DNA from: Nitrospirota bacterium
GTDB taxonomy: Bacteria; Nitrospirota; Thermodesulfovibrionia; Thermodesulfovibrionales; Dissulfurispiraceae
Direction of reading: 5' to 3'
DNA: 64,000 nucleotides
Assembly: GCA_963790025.1 (NCBI GenBank)
Contig: CAWBMP010000004.1
Coordinates: 608,001 to 672,000, forward strand
The notes under the pieces are model-generated. The model was not told the origin of the DNA and searched no databases. It saw only the letters and a list, made by a program, of their open reading frames with translations. Numbering within the stretch: position 1 is the first letter of the stretch; each line of letters starts with the position of its first letter. The translations under genes were made by a program, and so were the position numbers. Of this stretch, positions 58,340 through 64,000 are shown piece after piece.

Positions 58340-58681
58340 CTATGCGCAGCAGAGCCCATTTTTAGTTTTGGCGAATTCATTCAATCGTCTCTGGTCTTCC
58401 CCGACCGATTCAGAGGAGATTTTTTCCAAAACAGAGATAATCAAAAATCTCTTGAACATATCCGAATCATGGATACTGTAATGAATCCACTTCCCCTGTC
58501 TTCTGTCCTTGATCAGTCCCGCGTCTTTCAGGATTTTGAGGTGGAAAGATACCTTGGGCTGGACCATATCGAGTGCGGCAACAATATCGCATACGCAAAG
58601 TTCTCCATTTTCGAGGAGCTTTAGTGTTCGGAGCCTTGTCTCATCAGAGAGGGCCTTAAAAACAGTAACCAAATCGTTCAT
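58340..58681 (-). CDS. arsR: ArsR/SmtB-family repressor
   Basis: FKALSDETRL, ELCVCD, C-terminal CC. Confidence 0.93.
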   Translation of the reverse strand: MNDLVTVFKALSDETRLRTLKLLENGELCVCDIVAALDMVQPKVSFHLKILKDAGLIKDRRQGKWIHYSIHDSDMFKRFLIISVLEKISSESVGEDQRRLNEFAKTKNGLCCA

Positions 58682-58696
58682 TGTGCTTTAACCCTC

Positions 58697-59047
58697 CTAA
58701 AAAACTATTTTTTCAGCTGCATTGCTGATTGCCGCACTGGTCACTTCTGTCTTTCCCTTTTTATATCCAAAATCCTCAAGCATATAAGATTTTGGCGTGA
58801 ATCCCGCATTTTCAAGCACCTTCTTCGCACACAAAGACGGGCATCCATCAATAGTGACAGTCGTCGCCGCTTTTACCGGGGCTATCTTTTCAGGTATGTT
58901 GGCTCCGACAGCTGCCATGCAGTACATCTTCCCTTTTCCGTCTTTAGACAGTTTTCTTGCCACCTGATCAGATAACGCCCCTACATCTGCGGCCCCAGAA
59001 CACGAGAAAATGAGTATCTTCTCCTTACCGCATGCATTTTCTGACAT
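58697..59047 (-). CDS. DGC-domain putative zinc-binding protein
   Basis: SCSGAADVG, MYC, IDGCPSLCA. Confidence 0.85.
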   Translation of the reverse strand: MSENACGKEKILIFSCSGAADVGALSDQVARKLSKDGKGKMYCMAAVGANIPEKIAPVKAATTVTIDGCPSLCAKKVLENAGFTPKSYMLEDFGYKKGKTEVTSAAISNAAEKIVF

Positions 59048-59069
59048 ATGAACCTCCTTCTTGAGCAGT

Positions 59070-59123
59070 CATATCAAATTATCTTTATGTGTTAAATTTA
59101 CCTTTTATTATTTTTTTTGTCAA
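59070..59123 (-). promoter_or_regulatory. ars-hgc operon promoter and putative ArsR operator
   Basis: TTGACA(59118-59123)-N17-TAAATT(59095-59100); imperfect palindrome CATATCAA-N6-TTTATGTG at 59070-59091. Confidence 0.65.
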
Positions 59124-59274
59124 GTGCAATCATAAACAGGTTTGATTTTCTCTATCATCAGGAAATAATAGCAGTTGACAAATATAAATAAGTATATATA
59201 AACTTTCTGCTAAAAGGTGTTCAAGAGGCATATCCGACCTGATGCCGCGCATCAGGTATAGAGGAGGCTAAATA

Positions 59275-59355
59275 ATGTCATTGGAAAGCGCTCAGCAATT
59301 CGTGTCAAGGATGAAATCGGACAAGAACTTCAGAGCTAAGGACAGTAGAGGGTAA
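59275..59355 (+). pseudogene. Truncated Nif11-like leader peptide gene
   Basis: GAGGAGG RBS, MSLESAQQFVSRMKSDKNFRAK, then an abrupt switch to integrase sequence. Confidence 0.55.
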
Positions 59356-59599
59356 AAAGCCAGATGATTGGATATTCACACTAAAAGGTCAACCGTATGG
59401 TTGCAACTGCCTTTATAGGGCATGGAAGAAAGCCTGTAAAAATGCGAGGGTGAAGCATATATCGCTTCAACAGGCATCGAGACATAGCACAGCATCGAGA
59501 ATTATGAAAAAGGCCAAGGATGAAGCCCTGAAACGCATACAGGCACGGCTAGGTCATAAAAACAAGTCAACTGGAAAGAAGCACTACGTCATAGAATGA
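59342..59599 (+). mobile_element. Tyrosine recombinase/integrase C-terminal relic adjoining the tRNA-Pro 3' end
   Basis: WKKACKNA...SRHSTAS...IQARLGH...KHY, with no start codon or N-terminal part. Confidence 0.75.
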
Positions 59600-59687
59600 A
59601 ATTTCACCGAACAGCTACCGAACGTAAAACCAGGCTCAAAAAGCACTAATATTTAGAAAAAGTCAAATAAAACAAGGAAAAAAAGAA

Positions 59688-59762
59688 TCGGGGCGAGCCG
59701 ATTCGAACGGCCGACCTCTCGCACCCCAAGCGAGTGCGCTATCCAGGCTGCGCTACGCCCCG
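59688..59762 (-). tRNA. tRNA-Pro (GGG), CCA not encoded
   Basis: CGGGGCG acceptor stem, CTCGC-TTGGGGT-GCGAG anticodon arm, GTTCGAAT T-loop. Confidence 0.95.
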
Positions 59763-60187
59763 AAATGATGATGGAGTATTTCTTTTAGTCTCGATTTTAC
59801 CATGGCAAGAATCTTTTCAGCGTCTGCAGAAACTCCGGCGTTTACTTCGGCATCATCCGTGCAACTTTTCGCATCCAGCTGTTCCGCACCACTGCCAAGC
59901 TTTCGCCTGACGCCGTCAATAGTATATTTTTCCTCATATAAAAGATGCTTGATCTTCTTTATAAGGTCGACATCGTTCTTTGCATATATCCTTTGCCCTG
60001 TCTTGCCCTTCCTCGGATTAAGGAAAGAAAACTCTGTCTCCCAGTACCGCAGCACATAGGCTTCAACGCCTACAAGCCTGCTGACCTCTCCTATTTTATA
60101 AAAGATTTTATCTGGAAAAAGTTTGAGCGGCTCGGGCGACCCATACTTATCCTGCATCATCAGCTCACTGCGAGTGTTTTCCGGCAA
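59753..60187 (-). CDS. MerR-family HTH regulator (ihfA-associated)
   Basis: YKIGEVS...YVLRYWETEF...YTIDG; conserved ihfA-merR-tRNA-Pro order. Confidence 0.9.
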   Translation of the reverse strand: MPENTRSELMMQDKYGSPEPLKLFPDKIFYKIGEVSRLVGVEAYVLRYWETEFSFLNPRKGKTGQRIYAKNDVDLIKKIKHLLYEEKYTIDGVRRKLGSGAEQLDAKSCTDDAEVNAGVSADAEKILAMVKSRLKEILHHHFGA

Positions 60188-60195
60188 CGGCTTGC

Positions 60196-60477
60196 CTAAA
60201 GCTGTTTTTCAACAGCTTCTTTAAGCTGATCGCTCGATTTGAAAGTTACGACCTTGCGCGGGGTTATCTCTACCTCTTCCTTCGTTTTCGGGTTTCTCCC
60301 TATGCGGGAATTCTTCTTGCGGACATTAAACGTGCCGAAACCCGAAACCTTAATGGATTCCCCCGCTATCAATGTCTGCTTAATGGAATCGAAAACAATT
60401 TCGACTATATTTTGTGCCTCGTTTCTCGGAAGTCCGACCTTGTCAAACACAAAATTTACGATATCAGCTTTTGTCAT
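60196..60477 (-). CDS. ihfA: Integration host factor subunit alpha
   Basis: MTKADIV, SGFGTF, GRNPKT, RKVVTFKSS. Confidence 0.9.
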   Translation of the reverse strand: MTKADIVNFVFDKVGLPRNEAQNIVEIVFDSIKQTLIAGESIKVSGFGTFNVRKKNSRIGRNPKTKEEVEITPRKVVTFKSSDQLKEAVEKQL

Positions 60478-60831
60478 TTTCTTACCTCACATTTCTTATT
60501 CAGTTCTGAAATGGATACCATCCTCTACTGATAAGGACTATACGGTCATTAATTTTATATTACTGCATTGCCTAATTGTCAAGTATTTTCAAATGATTGT
60601 TTAAAAAAAGAACAGCATCAGCCGCATCCTTATATAAAGCTTACATGATCCGCATAGCTTGTCAATACGTAAAACAGGCAAAGGGCGAATGGCCAACTGT
60701 TTAAAGCCGTTTTATTGTTTGACCTTTTGCCTTTGGCCCGCATGTTCACGTTTGACTACTGTTTGATATTTCTGTTATTCTTCTGAGATAACTTTACAAT
60801 GTCTATATTCTTTAGACAAAGAGGATAGCAC

Positions 60832-61227
60832 ATGAAAGAAAAGACAAGAACATCGAAAAATATCTCTGTACGTGATCAGAAGCTTCAGGAAATACGGAAG
60901 AAGCTGACCAAGCAGCGTGAAGAGCTTATTTCAGACGCAGGCATTGCACTCACTGCATTGCCGGATGAGACGGTTTTCCCCGAACTGGGTGATCAGGCAT
61001 CGGCTGAAATCGACAGGAATTTTATGCTGAAACTGAAAGGCAGGGAAAGAAAACTCCTGAAGAAAATAGACGAGGCCATAGAGAAGATCGATAACGGCAC
61101 TTATGGTATTTGCGATTCGTGCGGTGAGGAGATCAATATCAAACGGCTTGAGGCAAGGCCTGTAACAACCATGTGCATTGAATGCAAAACCGAACAGGAA
61201 GAAGAGGAAAAGCTCAGGGAAAGATAG
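60832..61227 (+). CDS. dksA: DksA/TraR C4-zinc-finger protein
   Basis: ELGDQAS tip, YGICDSC...RLEARP...CIEC. Confidence 0.9.
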   Translation: MKEKTRTSKNISVRDQKLQEIRKKLTKQREELISDAGIALTALPDETVFPELGDQASAEIDRNFMLKLKGRERKLLKKIDEAIEKIDNGTYGICDSCGEEINIKRLEARPVTTMCIECKTEQEEEEKLRER

Positions 61228-61231
61228 ATCA

Positions 61232-62058
61232 TTACATACGGTATTCTTTCAACTCGCACCTTCTTTTCAGAGACTCTCCGAGCAGATTAAAGCATAACGC
61301 TGTTAACGACAAAGCAATCCCCGGATACAATACCATCCATGGTGCATTGAGGACGTAAGTCCTGTTTGCGCTGATCATTGAACCCCATGTTGCTGTCGGC
61401 GGCTGGGCGCCCAGGCCCAGAAAACTCAGAGTGGCCTCGGTAAGCAAGAACCCTCCAAGCTTTATTCCCATCAACACGAGTGCCAGAGGAACGCAAAGCG
61501 GCGCAAGGTGCAAGAACAGGACCCTTATGTGACTGCATCCGACCGCCCGGGCGGCATCAACAAATGCCATGTCCTTTAACGTCATGACCCGGCCCCGTAT
61601 GAGCCGCGCAAATGATGTCCAGCCCACCGCCGCCAAAGCGATAGTTACCGTGTAAATGCCTGGCGGCAGGACCACGGATATGGCTATAGCAAGCAGAAGC
61701 GAAGGGAAAGAGAGGACAAAGTCCACTACCGACATCACAACTATATCAAAAGTGCCGCCAAAATAACCGGCAGTAAGACCTACCAAAAAGCCGATAACAG
61801 CGGAAACAAAGGCACCGGTAACAGCAACGCCGATAGATATCTTGCCGCCATAAATTACCCGTGCAAAAATATCTCTGCCTTTGCTGTCTGTCCCGAACGG
61901 GTGTTGCAGACCCGGCGGTTTGCTTAAAGTATCCAGGTCTATTTTATCAGGGTCTTGAAAAGGCAGCAGTGGAAAGAGGACAGATAGCGTAAAAAGCAAA
62001 GCTACAAATAGCAGCGGCAACACTGTCCACCTATTTTTCTTTGCCATTGTCGACATGC
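61232..62058 (-). CDS. Peptide/nickel ABC permease (OppC/DppC-like); start uncertain
   Basis: HPFGTDSKGRD, LSFLGLG, WGSMI. Confidence 0.88.
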
Positions 62059-62972
62059 AGGCGTATCCTCGGATCGAGATAATGATAGAGTATATCAACC
62101 AGGAGATTGACCATGACAAAAACTACCGTACCGGCAATGATACAGCCCATTATCACCGGGTAATCCCTCATAATAATCCCTTCCATGGTAAACCTTCCTA
62201 TCCCGTCCCACCCGAATATAGTTTCAGTGACCACTGCCCCGTTCAGATAGCTTCCGAAATCGAGGCCTATTATAGTGACGATGGGAATTATTGCATTTTT
62301 AAGGACATGTTTCATTTGTATCCTGAGCATCGGCAATCCTTTTGCCCGCGCTGTTGTCATAAAAGGCATACCGAGCACCTCTGCAACAATGGTCTTCGTC
62401 ACTCTCACCAATGTCGCAGCAGCCGGTATCGAGAGTGCAAGCGCAGGGAGCACGAGAAATCTGATATTCCCGGTGCCTGACGGGGGAAACAGCTTCAACC
62501 AGAGACTGAATACAATCATCATAACAATAGCGCTCCAGAAAACAGGAATACTGAGACCTGCAAGTGATAGCGCGTCGATCATTTTTTCGACAACCCCGCC
62601 TCTCCTGTAAGCAGCCGCAAACCCGGAAATGATGCCGAGGGGAACAGATATAGCCATCGCAGCAAAGGCAAGCTCCATGGTATTCGGGAATTTCAGAGCA
62701 ATGTCCGACAACACATCCCTATTGGTGTAATAAGATCTGCCAAAATCTCCGTGCGCAAGCATCTTAAGATACCCGGCATACTGATGCAGCGTATCCTTGT
62801 CAGCGCCTATCCGCTTTCTGATGCTCTCTATCGTTTCCTGACTGGCGCGTTCTCCTACAAGACTCAGCACTATATCACCGGGGAGTGATTTTAGAAGAGT
62901 AAATGAAACCAGCGTGATACCCAGCAAAAGGGGGATCAAAAGCACAAGTCTTTTAATAATGTACCGTGTAAT
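62031..62972 (-). CDS. Peptide/nickel ABC permease (OppB/DppB-like); probable ATT start
   Basis: ITRYIIKRL, PGD, GDFGRSY, TARAKGL, RDYPVIMG, DPRIR. Confidence 0.88.
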   Translation of the reverse strand: MTRYIIKRLVLLIPLLLGITLVSFTLLKSLPGDIVLSLVGERASQETIESIRKRIGADKDTLHQYAGYLKMLAHGDFGRSYYTNRDVLSDIALKFPNTMELAFAAMAISVPLGIISGFAAAYRRGGVVEKMIDALSLAGLSIPVFWSAIVMMIVFSLWLKLFPPSGTGNIRFLVLPALALSIPAAATLVRVTKTIVAEVLGMPFMTTARAKGLPMLRIQMKHVLKNAIIPIVTIIGLDFGSYLNGAVVTETIFGWDGIGRFTMEGIIMRDYPVIMGCIIAGTVVFVMVNLLVDILYHYLDPRIRLHVDNGKEK

Positions 62973-63105
62973 CGCCGGCCCCTCCGGAGTTTATTGTTAT
63001 TTTACAGTAAATCCGACACTAATAAGCGTAATTAATGATATGTTTCCGGAGCGCAGCGTCTGAGCGGAAGAAATATACCATTCATTACGCTGTCTGCATT
63101 AGAGA

Positions 63106-63957
63106 TTATTTCACCATCGGACATACGCTATCCACAACATTTCCTTTTTCATCGAACTTGCATGCGAGATATCCGATGTCCTGATACAGCGTGAACCATG
63201 CCCCATCATTGATGCCCTTGTTCTCATATCTGGCCTTCTCCCTGATGGAATCAAGAGGAAAATTATCATAAGCCGTAATCCACAGGGGATTGAAATGCAC
63301 GTGCGTGGTAAGAAGGTCGCCGAGATGTATTGCCTCTTCCCCCGAAGACCTCATAATGACTATCTGGTGCCCCCTGGTATGGCCCCCTGTCAAAGACACT
63401 CTTATTCCGCTGGAAATTTCTGCCAGGCCGTCCACAAGCTCCAGGTTCCCGCTCTTTTGCAGAGTTTCAATGTTTACAGGCCAGTATGTATTTACGGCCC
63501 TCACATTGGGATTTATGACATCCTCCCATTCCGCCTTCTGTAGAATATGCCTTGCGTTTGGGAAAGTAAGCTCCAGTTCCCCGCCATGCTGCATGGCTAC
63601 GCCGGCAGAGTGGTCCCAGTCATAGTGGGTCAATATGACAAAATCTACGTCTCCCCTATCGAAACCAAGGGCCTTAAGGTCATCGGGGACACGCCATTCC
63701 TCACGTATCCTGAAAATCTTTTTTTGCTTGTCGGTAAGCTTATTTCCAATTCCAGATTCGATCACGACCAGCGCATCAGGCGTCTTGACCAGAATAGGCC
63801 AGGCCGCGAGCGAGACATAGTTTTCCGCGTCACTAGGGAATTTTTTTTCCCACAGGATCTTGGGAACAGGTCCGAATACCGTGCCGCCATCAAACTGGCA
63901 GACACCGCCGTCAAGCCAGAAGAGTTCGAACTCTCCCACTTTCAATTTATTTTTCAT
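63106..63957 (-). CDS. MBL-fold metallo-hydrolase
   Basis: DGGTVFG, THYDWDH, GHTRGH. Confidence 0.88.
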   Translation of the reverse strand: MKNKLKVGEFELFWLDGGVCQFDGGTVFGPVPKILWEKKFPSDAENYVSLAAWPILVKTPDALVVIESGIGNKLTDKQKKIFRIREEWRVPDDLKALGFDRGDVDFVILTHYDWDHSAGVAMQHGGELELTFPNARHILQKAEWEDVINPNVRAVNTYWPVNIETLQKSGNLELVDGLAEISSGIRVSLTGGHTRGHQIVIMRSSGEEAIHLGDLLTTHVHFNPLWITAYDNFPLDSIREKARYENKGINDGAWFTLYQDIGYLACKFDEKGNVVDSVCPMVK

Positions 63958-64000
63958 TCTGATGTACTCCTTTCAATTTCCATTCCTTTGTCCATTGTGT

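Noticed and set aside
59753..60187. Mercury-responsive MerR linked to hgcAB
   Set aside because: This is the ihfA-associated housekeeping MerR-like gene and lacks the Hg-binding Cys triad.
1..64000. CRISPR array, rRNA, intact prophage or intact IS
   Set aside because: No regularly spaced repeats, rRNA-like tracts, phage structural modules or complete transposases were seen.

Overview
Bacterial chromosomal window. Gene content suggests an anaerobic Nitrospirota or Desulfobacterota-like organism; this is inference, as no marker gene is present. Left to right: (1) 1-21.6 kb, a minus-strand surface-polysaccharide cluster (Wzx, Wzy-like, GT2/GT4s, two AsnB-type amidotransferases with one fused to GT9, methyltransferases, one frameshifted GT4, and a secreted tailspike-like protein). 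(2) 21.6-24.8 kb, a toxin-antitoxin patch (two MntA-HepT pairs, DUF433/DUF5615, relics). (3) 25-37 kb, a selenium/redox block: LysR, ArsS-type radical SAM, disulfide reductase, DedA, GH15, exported MsrA/MsrB, YHS protein and a two-component system. It holds two in-frame TGA codons followed by SECIS-like hairpins; one defines a 99-aa exported HMA-fold selenoprotein candidate missing from the ORF track. (4) 37-45.5 kb, mixed accessory genes, including a rod-like RNA candidate upstream of a catalytically degenerate IS3 core, and a collapsed relic of a second arsR-hgcA-hgcB...chrA locus on the + strand. (5) 45.7-59.6 kb, a metal(loid) island: tunR, tupABC, CHR transporters and an ArsR-led operon DGC-arsR-arsC-acr3-(CoA-disulfide reductase/Nox)-hgcA-hgcB-(MtrA-like corrinoid protein), ending at an integrase relic beside tRNA-Pro(GGG). 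(6) Core genes merR-like, ihfA, dksA, peptide ABC permeases and an MBL hydrolase. All family calls come from recognising motifs by eye; no database searches were run.
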